Virus record (IMG/VR): IMGVR_UViG_3300044941_000088
Span: 1 to 52,870 of that record
Reading direction: 5' to 3' (one strand)
DNA length: 52,870 bases
DNA from: a virus
Lineage: Duplodnaviria > Caudoviricetes
Below are positions 33,854-43,270 of the stretch, piece after piece. The notes below the pieces were generated by a model that was given only the letters and a program-made list of their open reading frames with translations, did not search any database and was not told where the DNA came from. Both the position numbers and the translations under genes were made by a program. The first letter of the stretch is position 1. Each line of letters begins with the position of its first letter.

Positions 33854-35428
33854 TCAGGCGGCCTGCGCAAGTATTTCCAGCAGGGTTTCTTGCGTCTGTT
33901 GTTTCTTTTTCAGCGCGGCATACACGCGCTTTTCTGCGGGCGAGCCGATGAGGTGCGCGATGAGTGTCTTGTGCTTCTGGCCGGGGCGAACAATGCGGGC
34001 GTTGGCCTGTTCGTAGATTTCGAGGTCGTTGACCGGGCCATACCAAACAGCCATGTCCGCCTCCGTCAGCGTCAACCCATGCGCCATCGCCCCCGGCTGA
34101 GCAATGATGCCCATGCGGGGTTTGAACGGCCCGCATGGAACCTGAAAGTCGGAGAAGATGGTGTCGCGTTCGTTCTTGGGAGTCTGTCCGGTAAGCGTCC
34201 GCAGGTCAAGCGGAACGCCCTCGGCGGTCGCGTAGTTTTCCAGCGCCTTCTTGACGACAGGCGCAAGCACAACAAACGGCACGAAAACGAGGAAGTTGCG
34301 CTGCCCTTCCGAAACTATCTGCTTGAGCGCCTCAAGCCGTTCTTCGGCATCAAGAAACACGGCAGAACCGTCTCCCCGGTAGACAGCCCCGGTCGCAACC
34401 TGCAACAGCTTGTTGAGAAGCGCCCCGGAGTTTGCGACCGTGATCCGGTGGCTTTCAGACACCGCGTGGCGGCGAAGCAGCTCGTAAAGATCGCGCTGTT
34501 GCGGCCCCATCGACACTTCGCGGTCGATGTAGACAGTATCGGGCAGCTCCGCGACATCGGCAAGGGTGAAGCGCACCGAAGGCTGTAGAAGCGCCCCGAC
34601 CCGCTCGGCGGCGTCAGGCTTTGGGACATATTTGAACTGCGAGACCTTTATCATGGTGTGGTCCCGGAACTTGTTGCTGCTGCGCGCCAGTGGATGCGTC
34701 GGGTGCAGGAGTTTCAGCAAGCCGTGCCCATCCACCGGCGATCTCGGGGTCGGCGTGCCGGTCATGGCCCACACAATGCGGGCTTCTTTGGCAAGCAAAA
34801 ACAACGCCTTGAACCGCCCGCTGGTCGCATTGCGATAGGCAGACGCCTCGTCAACAATGATCGCGTCGTAGCCCATGGCCTCAATCTGCTTGAACCGGGT
34901 CTTGACGCCATCAAAGTTGATAATGGCAACATCGTGCGGCTGCGCCAAAATACGAATGACCTTGCGCGCGTCGCCGTGCACAACCACAACCTTGAGATGC
35001 GGCGCAGTCACCATGAACTCGCGCGCCCACACGTTGGTCAAGATCGACAGCGGCGCCACGACCAGCGCCTTCTTGACCACACTCTCTTTTCGCAGGTAGT
35101 CAAACGCCCAAATGGCCGTCTTGGTCTTGCCGACGCCCATGCCGCTAAACACATAGGCCCGCGAGTTGCGGTGCAGCATGTCTATGGTCTTGAGCTGCAC
35201 AGCGTAGGGCTTGTGGCTGCCGAAGTCGTAATACCGCAACGCAGGCATTTCGAGGTCGGCACCGTTGTGGTTCAGCGTCCGCACGGTCCAGTAATCGTCC
35301 CTGACCACGATGCGTCCGTCAGGGAGCACCTTTCGCTCGACCACACCAGTCGTAAGGCGCGCCTCGTTCGGTTTGACAACAATCAGCCGTCTGCTCGTGT
35401 CAACGGCGCCGAAGCTCGTCAAGAACAT
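33854..35428 (-). CDS. SNF2-family (SF2) helicase
   Basis: MGVGKT, IVDEAS, MTGTP, HGLTLT, QANARIVRPGQ. Confidence 0.9.
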   Translation of the reverse strand: MFLTSFGAVDTSRRLIVVKPNEARLTTGVVERKVLPDGRIVVRDDYWTVRTLNHNGADLEMPALRYYDFGSHKPYAVQLKTIDMLHRNSRAYVFSGMGVGKTKTAIWAFDYLRKESVVKKALVVAPLSILTNVWAREFMVTAPHLKVVVVHGDARKVIRILAQPHDVAIINFDGVKTRFKQIEAMGYDAIIVDEASAYRNATSGRFKALFLLAKEARIVWAMTGTPTPRSPVDGHGLLKLLHPTHPLARSSNKFRDHTMIKVSQFKYVPKPDAAERVGALLQPSVRFTLADVAELPDTVYIDREVSMGPQQRDLYELLRRHAVSESHRITVANSGALLNKLLQVATGAVYRGDGSAVFLDAEERLEALKQIVSEGQRNFLVFVPFVVLAPVVKKALENYATAEGVPLDLRTLTGQTPKNERDTIFSDFQVPCGPFKPRMGIIAQPGAMAHGLTLTEADMAVWYGPVNDLEIYEQANARIVRPGQKHKTLIAHLIGSPAEKRVYAALKKKQQTQETLLEILAQAA

Positions 35429-35696
35429 CTTTCAGTCTCCCCAAGGCTTCCGGCCCGTCGATGACAAAGCACCTTCCGCCAGCCGCAACGATCTGGCTAA
35501 TGGTTACACTCTGTAACCTGGTAGGCTTGGCTCCGGGCCGCTTCGCCTCGATGCCGATGAACTCGCCCTTGTAGAGCAACAGACAGTCCAGCGACGGCTT
35601 TCCGTAGCCGCTGGGGACCGGCCAATACTCCATCCTTGGCTCGTATTGCGCCAGCAACGCCCGAATGCTGGCCTTGACTTTGCCTTCTGGCGTCAT
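35400..35696 (-). CDS. VRR-NUC domain nuclease
   Basis: MTPEGKVK...G..SLD...FIGIEAKRPG.KPT.LQ. Confidence 0.85.
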   Translation of the reverse strand: MTPEGKVKASIRALLAQYEPRMEYWPVPSGYGKPSLDCLLLYKGEFIGIEAKRPGAKPTRLQSVTISQIVAAGGRCFVIDGPEALGRLKDVLDELRRR

Positions 35697-35702
35697 GGAA
35701 CC

Positions 35703-36383
35703 TCACAGTCCGTGGTGCGGGCACGACACGACAGGGCAGTGCCGACGACACAAACCATTAGGACGCGGCTGAAAGTCGGCCTCACGAAACGCCCTCTGAT
35801 ACTCCGCCACGCGGCCAGTGAACCGGCCCCAGATGGCCTGCAACTGGTCTCGGTAATAAGTATGGACGGACATCCGGCGGCCTTTGGGGGCCTTGAGCCA
35901 CACAAAGCCCGCCAACACAGTGTCTACATCAGGAAAGTGGTGCATCGTGGTGGCGGCAGCCAGCGCAAGCTGATCGTCGTTGTCGGACGGCTTGCCTGTC
36001 TTCCAGTCCAGAACCAGCGCCACCTTTTCAGAAACGACGACCAGATCGCCCACCAGCCGAAGCCAGATGTTCTCGTCGAAATATCCAACCGGCTCCAACG
36101 CCTCGTTCAAGCCCAACTTTAGCTCCACATGCCTGCTGGCGTCCTCTCCGACAGTCATCTCGATCACGCGACCCACATCCTCGGCGATTTCTTGCAGGCC
36201 GCCCATCCCAGCCGGAAACTCCTTGCCGCTGCCAAAGTATTCCTCGAACGCCTTGTGGACCCGCTTGCCCCAAAGCATCTGCTCGCTCTCGGGCTCCTTG
36301 ATGGACTTGTCTACCCTGAGAACGTAGAACTGCTTCGGGCATGTCTCGAAAGCGGCCAGAGCACTGATGGACCAAGGCTGCAT
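35703..36383 (-). CDS. Cas4-like PD-(D/E)xK exonuclease
   Basis: WS.SAL..FETCP, G.RVH, D...DWKTGK, QL, C..HCPV..C Fe-S cysteines. Confidence 0.85.
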   Translation of the reverse strand: MQPWSISALAAFETCPKQFYVLRVDKSIKEPESEQMLWGKRVHKAFEEYFGSGKEFPAGMGGLQEIAEDVGRVIEMTVGEDASRHVELKLGLNEALEPVGYFDENIWLRLVGDLVVVSEKVALVLDWKTGKPSDNDDQLALAAATTMHHFPDVDTVLAGFVWLKAPKGRRMSVHTYYRDQLQAIWGRFTGRVAEYQRAFREADFQPRPNGLCRRHCPVVSCPHHGL

Positions 36384-36637
36384 CAAACCCTCCAAATCCG
36401 AAAGACCGCCGGTCGGCCTTCATCTGAGGGCGGAAGCTCCTCGACGACGAAGTTGGCGCCGGGCACAACAGCCTTTGCGCGCCTCGCAAGCTGGGCTACC
36501 TGCTGGTAGCGCCTGCCGTCAGAAATCTCGATGAAGGTGCCGGGCTCCATTTCCCGAAACGGGTAAACCAGTCGCCGACCCTTCTTTACAGGCGGGAGTG
36601 AAGGCGGCTCCTCGCCTCGCTGAATGACATACTTCAT
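36383..36637 (-). CDS. Small putative DNA-binding protein, paralogous to 1465-1707
   Basis: YPFREMEPGTFI...FRIWRV; coupled to both neighbours. Confidence 0.7.
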   Translation of the reverse strand: MKYVIQRGEEPPSLPPVKKGRRLVYPFREMEPGTFIEISDGRRYQQVAQLARRAKAVVPGANFVVEELPPSDEGRPAVFRIWRV

Positions 36638-38544
36638 TTGGCGTCTCCATAGCTGCGACCATAGCTGCCCTCTGCTTTCAGAGGGACCGGATAAGACTTC
36701 CACCGCGCCCAAGCAGGCTGTCGACACATCGCATCAATCAGCGCCGCAAGCGCCTCGTCGGCGTCACGTTCTGGCACGACATAGACAAGCTCGTCGTGGA
36801 CTTGCAGAACGAAGCGCCAGTCGCGCTTGACCGCCTCGTGGTCTACCTCCATGCGCACGATGGCGTCGACAATCTGCTGCCACGCGAGGTGCTGGACGAT
36901 GTTCTCTGTCAACGCGCCGCCATAGAGATTCGCCCAAGTGCCATACCTGTGCCGCCAATACCTGTAAGCAGTCTTGTAGCCATACGCCGACTGCTCGACG
37001 TGTTCTTGCAGGTCGGGATACCTGACCTCGAACTCGGCGCGCTTGCCGCGCTCCTGCTCGTTGTGCTCAAGCACACGCCACCCACCCGCGAAAAACTCCA
37101 CAGGACCGATCCTGAGGTTCTGACCAGCGATCATGTAGCGGATCGCATCGTCAAGCGCTTGCCAAAGGCCGCGTATCTCTTGGTAGCTGTTGCGATACGT
37201 CTCAACCATCTTCGCCGCGAACGCATGGTCAACGTCAGCGCCGCCAAGGAACAGCGTCTGCCAGAGTGTGTCAGCCCCTGTCTGATACCCAAGCGACAAA
37301 ACCCCGATCTTGCCAAGGTCGCGCGCCTCTGGGTCGCTGGCCTTTGTAACTGTGCGCCCGAACACCTTTGAAGCGAACTGGGCATACACGTCCTCGCCTT
37401 TGGCGAAGGCATCAACCAGGTGAGTGCAGCCCGCAAGCCACGCGAGGATGCGCGCCTCGATCTGAGCGGCATCCACGGATAACACCGTGTAACCACGCGG
37501 AGCGACAATGGCCTTGCGAAGCAAAGACTTCTTGTTCCTGCGCGGCAGGTTTTGCATGTTCAGACCGTCGGCACCAGCGAACCGCCCGGTATGAGCCCCT
37601 GCGTATATCAGCGGCACATGCAGAAGTGGCCCGCCCTTGAGCTCGCACAGTCTGAGCATGGTCGCTGCGCGGGTTTCCTCGATAGAGCTCATGGCCCCGA
37701 GGCGCGCTTCAACCAGCATGGCCACCCTCGGATCAGGGTGTTCCTTGAGCTTCACGAACTCCACGTCCCTCTTGGAAAAGGCGTAGGTCATCTCGTTGGT
37801 GCGGAAACTGAGCTTCATTGGCGGGTCGACGCCCAAACCCCTTAGAAGCTCGGCCATGCGCGGAGCAGACCGAAGGTCTTCCCTTGTAGCGCCAACGGCT
37901 GCCAGCTTCGCTTCCATCTCGCGAGTTGCTTCTTCGCGAGACTGCAAGAGCAGGTCGGCGTCCATCTCCAATCCGCCAACAACATAGGCCCGCAAGGTCG
38001 CAGACATCGCGATGTGGTGCTTTGTGGGGATGCGCCAAGCAAGGAGTTTCACCAGCGCGGCGCATTTGTCAGCGTCAGCGCCTGCGTAGGCAACATAGTC
38101 CTTCCACAGGTCAGACTCCCGGTCGAGAAACAGCGGGTCAACGCCTTCCATCCGCGCAAGCGCGGCGGTGTCTTTATCCCCAAGCTGGAAATGCTCGGCC
38201 AGCCTGGCCAGACTGGCGCTACCTATCTGGTGCGCGACGGTGCAATTCGCCATGAACATGGTGCACCGGATGCGCGCGGGCACTACGCCGAAGCGCCAAG
38301 CCAGAATGGCCGCGTCAAACATGGCATTATGCGCTATCATACAGGTGTCATCCCAATTGCGAGATGACACCCAGTCGGCTATCTCAGGGCCGACCAGCAC
38401 AGTCGTCTGGCCGTCTACGCCTTCCTTCACAGACAGCAGCGTCGCGGCGAACCTGCGATGCATGATGTATTCGCGCATGGTCATCTTGCGCAGCGAATAG
38501 TCTGCGTCGTAGAAGGTTTCAAAGTCAAGTATGATGTGGTGCAT
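36634..38544 (-). CDS. polA: Family A DNA polymerase with 3'-5' exonuclease
   Basis: LDFET, AHNAMFD, HTGRF, NMQNLP, DAAQIEAR (motif A), RDLGKIGVLSLGY (motif B), QVHDEL (motif C). Confidence 0.93.
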   Translation of the reverse strand: MHHIILDFETFYDADYSLRKMTMREYIMHRRFAATLLSVKEGVDGQTTVLVGPEIADWVSSRNWDDTCMIAHNAMFDAAILAWRFGVVPARIRCTMFMANCTVAHQIGSASLARLAEHFQLGDKDTAALARMEGVDPLFLDRESDLWKDYVAYAGADADKCAALVKLLAWRIPTKHHIAMSATLRAYVVGGLEMDADLLLQSREEATREMEAKLAAVGATREDLRSAPRMAELLRGLGVDPPMKLSFRTNEMTYAFSKRDVEFVKLKEHPDPRVAMLVEARLGAMSSIEETRAATMLRLCELKGGPLLHVPLIYAGAHTGRFAGADGLNMQNLPRRNKKSLLRKAIVAPRGYTVLSVDAAQIEARILAWLAGCTHLVDAFAKGEDVYAQFASKVFGRTVTKASDPEARDLGKIGVLSLGYQTGADTLWQTLFLGGADVDHAFAAKMVETYRNSYQEIRGLWQALDDAIRYMIAGQNLRIGPVEFFAGGWRVLEHNEQERGKRAEFEVRYPDLQEHVEQSAYGYKTAYRYWRHRYGTWANLYGGALTENIVQHLAWQQIVDAIVRMEVDHEAVKRDWRFVLQVHDELVYVVPERDADEALAALIDAMCRQPAWARWKSYPVPLKAEGSYGRSYGDAK

Positions 38545-38550
38545 AATTAG

Positions 38551-38579
38551 AGCATAATGCATTCTCACCGCGCTGTCAA
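38551..38579 (-). promoter_or_regulatory. Near-consensus sigma70 promoter for polA, probably leaderless
   Basis: TTGACA (38579-38574), 17 nt, TATGCT (38556-38551), 6 nt, ATG (38544); no SD. Confidence 0.7.
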
Positions 38580-38621
38580 CCGCTTTTTTAGCGGTTGGTG
38601 GGCAAAAACGCGCAGTCACAA

Positions 38622-38644
38622 CGGCCCCGCGCGAGGCGGGGCCG
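38622..38644 (-). terminator. Hairpin separating early block from replication block
   Basis: CGGCCCCGC-GCGAG-GCGGGGCCG 9-bp stem downstream of ORF 38664. Confidence 0.55.
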
Positions 38645-38663
38645 CCGACAGTGTCACACGGGG

Positions 38664-39608
38664 TTACTTGGAAACCGAGAAGCCAAGCAGCTCGATAGAC
38701 TTGTCGGGCAGATACACATCGCCGTATCTCGGATGGGCTTCAACCGAGCAATCTGTGTAATTCCCTTTCATTGATAAACCCCCCATATCGAAGTCCGCCG
38801 GGCCTTTCACAAAAGCGAAAGAAGTTTGCATGGATTTGATCCTGCCAATGTCAGTCTTGCAGAGTTCGTAATGCTTGGCGAACGCCGCGTCGGCCTGCGG
38901 GAACATGGGCGAAACCTTCGCCGCGTTGGCGTGAAGCCATTGATGCAACAGCGCAACTTTCGGCGGACGCGAACTGCTGAAGTCGGTCCTGTCGTTGAGA
39001 TGTCTGTCGAACTTATACTTGATGGAAGAGACCTCTTTGTGCGGCAAAACCGGAACCTTGGTCTTGGTCCCATTCATCCACGCGCTGACTTCCTCGAAGA
39101 ACAGCGGCCATAGCTTCGCAACCTGCGGCCACGTTGTGCATTTATCGAGCATGAGCTCGATGAACGAACAGACTTCGTATGCCTGCAACGCCATAATCGC
39201 GTGCGCCCTGATCCACTTGGCGATCGGATGGTTGGACTTGCCGTCGAGAATCTGCACAGAAATGCTTTCAGGAACCAGACGGATCGAGGGGGCGCTGCCG
39301 GGCGTGAACCGCACCACGGTGACAAGCACAACGGGTCTGGTCATGACACACGACTTCGGGAACAGGGTGCAGTGATAATCGCGCGGGATGGCCAGTCGAA
39401 TGCCGACCGCATTCCGCTCAGCGACGACCCCACCTTGACCAAGCAGGTGAACCATGGTCTGCTGCGCTGCGGCGTAAACCGGACCCGCAACAAACTTGTT
39501 CCACTCGTAGAGAGAGCAAACATCTGGGACAAGGTAGTGCCGCGCACGGAACACATACCGCATGATCCGCTGCACAAACAGCTTGTCGTGGTCAGCAATC
39601 GAAGACAT
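38664..39608 (-). CDS. Hypothetical early protein
   Basis: AAGGAG RBS before MSSIADHDK; ~314 aa. Confidence 0.7.
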   Translation of the reverse strand: MSSIADHDKLFVQRIMRYVFRARHYLVPDVCSLYEWNKFVAGPVYAAAQQTMVHLLGQGGVVAERNAVGIRLAIPRDYHCTLFPKSCVMTRPVVLVTVVRFTPGSAPSIRLVPESISVQILDGKSNHPIAKWIRAHAIMALQAYEVCSFIELMLDKCTTWPQVAKLWPLFFEEVSAWMNGTKTKVPVLPHKEVSSIKYKFDRHLNDRTDFSSSRPPKVALLHQWLHANAAKVSPMFPQADAAFAKHYELCKTDIGRIKSMQTSFAFVKGPADFDMGGLSMKGNYTDCSVEAHPRYGDVYLPDKSIELLGFSVSK

Positions 39609-39702
39609 GGTGGTTCTCCTTGGTTGGTTTGGTCGTAGAAAAGGTTGCGCCGTGTAACCATTGCTGGCTACACGGCGCACACTTGTTTGAGCTCTCGGCG
39701 GA

Positions 39703-40668
39703 TCAGAGGATGCCGCGAGTCAGCTCGTCGAGGTCGATCTCGGCGGCCTCACGCTCGTCATCGTCGAGCAGGGCCTCGTCTGTCGGCGCCTGCAAGATGA
39801 CAGAAGTGTAAACGTCAACCACGCCAGGCTCGTCAACGTTGTCGGACTTCTCCGCGTAGTCTTCAAGCTCAGCGAGGTCGTCGATCAGGTCGTCTCCGTC
39901 GGCCTCATCCGCAGGGGCGACAGGCGCCACGCTCGCGACGCCGGTGGCGGCGTCGTCCTCGTCCAGCACCAGACGGCGCAGCGCCGACAAAAGCCGCGCC
40001 GCCTCGGGATGCAGCTCAGTGGCACCCGCAACACTGACAGACGCGACCTGAAGCAACGGACTGCGCTCAATGGCACCGAGCATCTGAAGCAGCTGGTCGC
40101 GCTCGTCAGGCGTCTCAGGATCGGCAAAAATCGAGTTGCGAATGGCCGCGATCTCCTCTTCCACCGAGGTGAGACGGACGCCGGGCTTGCCCGCAGCAGC
40201 GTCAAGCTCCCGCTGGCGGATGGTGCGCAGAATCTTGAGCACCATCTGCCGCGTGTTGATCGGCGGCTTGGGGTCGAGGTCGGACGCATCGACCTCAGTC
40301 TTGAGGTCGTCAACAGCGTTCAGCGCCGCCATGACGTTGTGACGCTGGTCAAGAAACACCTTGGTCTCAGACTTGCGAGTCTTGATCACCTTGTCGTCGG
40401 CGCCAGCTTCCTTGAGAGCCTTGGCGAACACGTCGAGGAACGCCGACTTGTCGTCGTCGGTCAGGTGGTTGAGGCCGCAAAGCCGGTCGAACTGCTCGGC
40501 GATGCGGCGGATGCCGTGCTCGCGCGCCGCCGAAAGCTCGGCTTTGGCGTCGTCAGCGACGCGCTTCTTGCTGGCCTCGTCAGCAGCCAGCGCAGCAATG
40601 CGGCTGGCGACCTCGCTCAGCAGCGGGTTGATGACGACGCCAGAGGTCGCAGGCTGGGTCTTGGGCAT
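39703..40668 (-). CDS. Hypothetical helical early protein with acidic tail
   Basis: AGGAG RBS; 321 aa, phage-like codon use. Confidence 0.75.
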   Translation of the reverse strand: MPKTQPATSGVVINPLLSEVASRIAALAADEASKKRVADDAKAELSAAREHGIRRIAEQFDRLCGLNHLTDDDKSAFLDVFAKALKEAGADDKVIKTRKSETKVFLDQRHNVMAALNAVDDLKTEVDASDLDPKPPINTRQMVLKILRTIRQRELDAAAGKPGVRLTSVEEEIAAIRNSIFADPETPDERDQLLQMLGAIERSPLLQVASVSVAGATELHPEAARLLSALRRLVLDEDDAATGVASVAPVAPADEADGDDLIDDLAELEDYAEKSDNVDEPGVVDVYTSVILQAPTDEALLDDDEREAAEIDLDELTRGIL

Positions 40669-40942
40669 TGTAGCTCTCCTGATTGGTGGTGGTAGGTAAC
40701 GTGTCAGCGGTGGACGAACGAACCCACATTCTGAGAACTCGAACGGTCAGCAGTCCTGTTCATGTTGGCTCCCTCGGTTGACATGGATGCAAAACGCGTC
40801 CGGGAAACCCCGGACGCATGGTTACACGGTGTGAACTGAACTGCAACAGATATTGCAGCCAGTCACTCGGCGGTGTAGCCGTCAAACCAGTTGTCGCCAC
40901 AGGTGTCAGAGCGACTGAACCACTCCTACGCCTGTTCGAGAG

Positions 40943-41206
40943 TCAGTCTTCGTCGTCTTCGTCGTCTTCGTCGTCTTCGTCGGCGCCATAGTAGTCATCA
41001 TGAGCGCGACGGTATTCTTCGTAGGCTTCGTGCGGATCAGCCCACACAAACCCCGGAACCGTCTCGATGCGGAACAGATCGGGGTCGTCGCTGTTCTCCA
41101 CCATTTTGCAGAACTCATCAGCACTGGCCTTGTCTGCGAAGAACTCGAACACGATGATCTCGCACTCCTCGTTGAAGCCGACGACGGCATAGAGCGTATT
41201 CGACAT
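40943..41206 (-). CDS. Small, very acidic protein
   Basis: GGAG RBS; ends in (DED)4 encoded by (TCTTCGTCG)4 at 40947-40982. Confidence 0.65.
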   Translation of the reverse strand: MSNTLYAVVGFNEECEIIVFEFFADKASADEFCKMVENSDDPDLFRIETVPGFVWADPHEAYEEYRRAHDDYYGADEDDEDDEDDED

Positions 41207-41300
41207 TTTCAGTCTCCATGGCTGGGTGTGTGGTTACACTGTGTAGCTGCACGCCGCAAGCGGCGTGCAGCAGGCGCATGAGTGCGCGGGCGACTCGCGG

Positions 41301-41840
41301 CTACTTATACCCCAGCTCGCGAAGCCGCTTCATCTCGTCACGATAGCGAATCGCCCCGGGGTCGCGCTCGTCGCGCAGCAATACCCGGCCAGCGGCGTCC
41401 TCGGTCGTCGCATAGTAGGGCGGAAACTCGGCGAGGAAGCCCATGACAGACCCGGTGTAGAGCACCTTCTCGGAGAACGTATCGTCCCAGTAGTCGGTGG
41501 CCGCGACCTCGATCATCAGCGTCCCGGCGCTCCGTCCGACCAACGGCTCCGCGCTCTGGTAGTCGACCCACAGCGTGTAGCCGTATCCCACGTCCGTGAA
41601 GTCGGTTCTGGACTTGCACAGCCGGATGTCGCCCTGACGAACCTTGTTGGCCGCGATGAAAGCCGCCGCGAACTCGTCGGCCTCGAACCGGGGCCACCGC
41701 CACGCAAGCTCGCTCAGCAGAACGTTGATGACGAACGCCGACGCCCCAGCCGGGTAGCCATCGTAGTGCTTGTAGACGTGATACTCCCTCTCAGGTTCCC
41801 ACGACTTGTCGATGAAAGTCCAGATGCTCCTGGTGCTCAT
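41301..41840 (-). CDS. Conserved phage early protein (STRxxI...YxHxDGYP family)
   Basis: MSTRSIW...VYKHYDGYPAG; GAGG RBS. Confidence 0.75.
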   Translation of the reverse strand: MSTRSIWTFIDKSWEPEREYHVYKHYDGYPAGASAFVINVLLSELAWRWPRFEADEFAAAFIAANKVRQGDIRLCKSRTDFTDVGYGYTLWVDYQSAEPLVGRSAGTLMIEVAATDYWDDTFSEKVLYTGSVMGFLAEFPPYYATTEDAAGRVLLRDERDPGAIRYRDEMKRLRELGYK

Positions 41841-41934
41841 TGCGGTTATCCTCGGTGGTTGTGTGGTTACACGGTGCGAACGGCACGCCACAAAGGCAGC
41901 GTGCCGCAGGCGCATGATGCGCAAACGTCAAGCC

Positions 41935-43065
41935 TCAGCTGCGCAAGAAGGCCGACTTGTAGCGCGGGTTCTCAGACACCCAGCGCGAAATCGCCGACGT
42001 AGCCATGAGCTCCGGCGCGCGAGCCTCGACATGATAGACGAACACAGTCCGCGCGTCGTTGCCAAACTCGGAACGCATCAGGTATTTCATGATCTGCGCC
42101 ACGTTCTGCCTCGTGGCCCCTTGCGCCAGAACCGAAGCCTGAATCGTGTGCAGGTATTCCTTCGGAACGCGCGCACCAGACGGGTTGCTCACCACATCCG
42201 CAAGCGGCGCCAGCTCCGCACCATACTTGAGATGCGCCATGAACTTGACCCCAGCCGCGCCGCCGACAAGACCAGACACCGCCATCGACGCCGCCGGTGT
42301 GGTCGGAAGCTCCTGATCGCCGAGCGTCGGAAACTGAACCTTGTCAGCCGCCATCGAACGCAAAACACGGTCGGCCATGGTCAGCGAACGATAGGTGCAG
42401 AACGGCTCAGGCGTCGCCGGAACCTCCGACGCAAAAAGCCCCGGACCATGCGTGTGCACAAAGCTGATGGTCAGCGGATGCACGCCAGCACGCGACGCAT
42501 AGCTGATCCACTGCTCCACAGGCATCTCCCAGTCGAGCTTGAGCATCCGGTTCTGTAGAATAGACAGCCGCCTGACCACACCAGCCCTGTCGGACTGACG
42601 GTTGGACGCCGCCCACACAACCCAGCCATCGGGCAGATGATGCTCGCCAAGCCCACGGTCGAGAACCCACGGACTGGCCGCCTTCTGCAACGGCGCCTCA
42701 GCCTGACCAAACTCGTCGAACAGCACGATACCACGCGCAGGAACCGCCGTGCCACGAACCTGCCGAACACCGTTCTCGAAGACAATGGTGTTCGCAGGCG
42801 TCGGAAAGAACGGCGGCGCGCTGAACGCCGCAACCAGCTTGTCGTCGCGCTTCGTGGGCAGCAAATACCCACGCAAATCCTGCTCGGTCATCGTCGAGAC
42901 GATCTCCGCCACGACACCGAACGGCTCGCCATAGACCCGGCTCAGATGCGCCGCAGCCTCAAGAATCGCCGACGACTTCGCCGTCCCAGGCGCACCCACC
43001 AGCTCAATCGCGATGCGCGACTCGTAGAAGCCACGCGCGTTGGCGATGAAGGTGTTGTAGTCCAT
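41935..43065 (-). CDS. MoxR-like AAA+ ATPase
   Basis: GAPGTAKS, DLRG, LFDEF, LPDGWVVWAASNR..DRAGV, NR. Confidence 0.85.
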   Translation of the reverse strand: MDYNTFIANARGFYESRIAIELVGAPGTAKSSAILEAAAHLSRVYGEPFGVVAEIVSTMTEQDLRGYLLPTKRDDKLVAAFSAPPFFPTPANTIVFENGVRQVRGTAVPARGIVLFDEFGQAEAPLQKAASPWVLDRGLGEHHLPDGWVVWAASNRQSDRAGVVRRLSILQNRMLKLDWEMPVEQWISYASRAGVHPLTISFVHTHGPGLFASEVPATPEPFCTYRSLTMADRVLRSMAADKVQFPTLGDQELPTTPAASMAVSGLVGGAAGVKFMAHLKYGAELAPLADVVSNPSGARVPKEYLHTIQASVLAQGATRQNVAQIMKYLMRSEFGNDARTVFVYHVEARAPELMATSAISRWVSENPRYKSAFLRS

Positions 43066-43270
43066 GTTTCACTCCTCGGTTGGTTGGACATGTCAGACTC
43101 GCGAGTGCTCAATTATAAAACCGCACCCGCTCCAAAACGTCACGCGCGGCAAGATCACCGCGCGTAACATACTCAACAAGGTCGGCAAGCTGCTCGACCC
43201 GCTTCTGCATGAACACCCGACAGGCCTCGTCAGGTGAACGCCACAGAGAGTGCCACGAAGTTACTCCGTG

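Noticed and set aside
35703-36383. Cas4-like nuclease as adaptation partner of the RAMP
   Set aside because: It sits in the standard polA-nuclease-VRR-NUC-SNF2 replication cluster, 35 kb away; solo Cas4-like genes are common in phages
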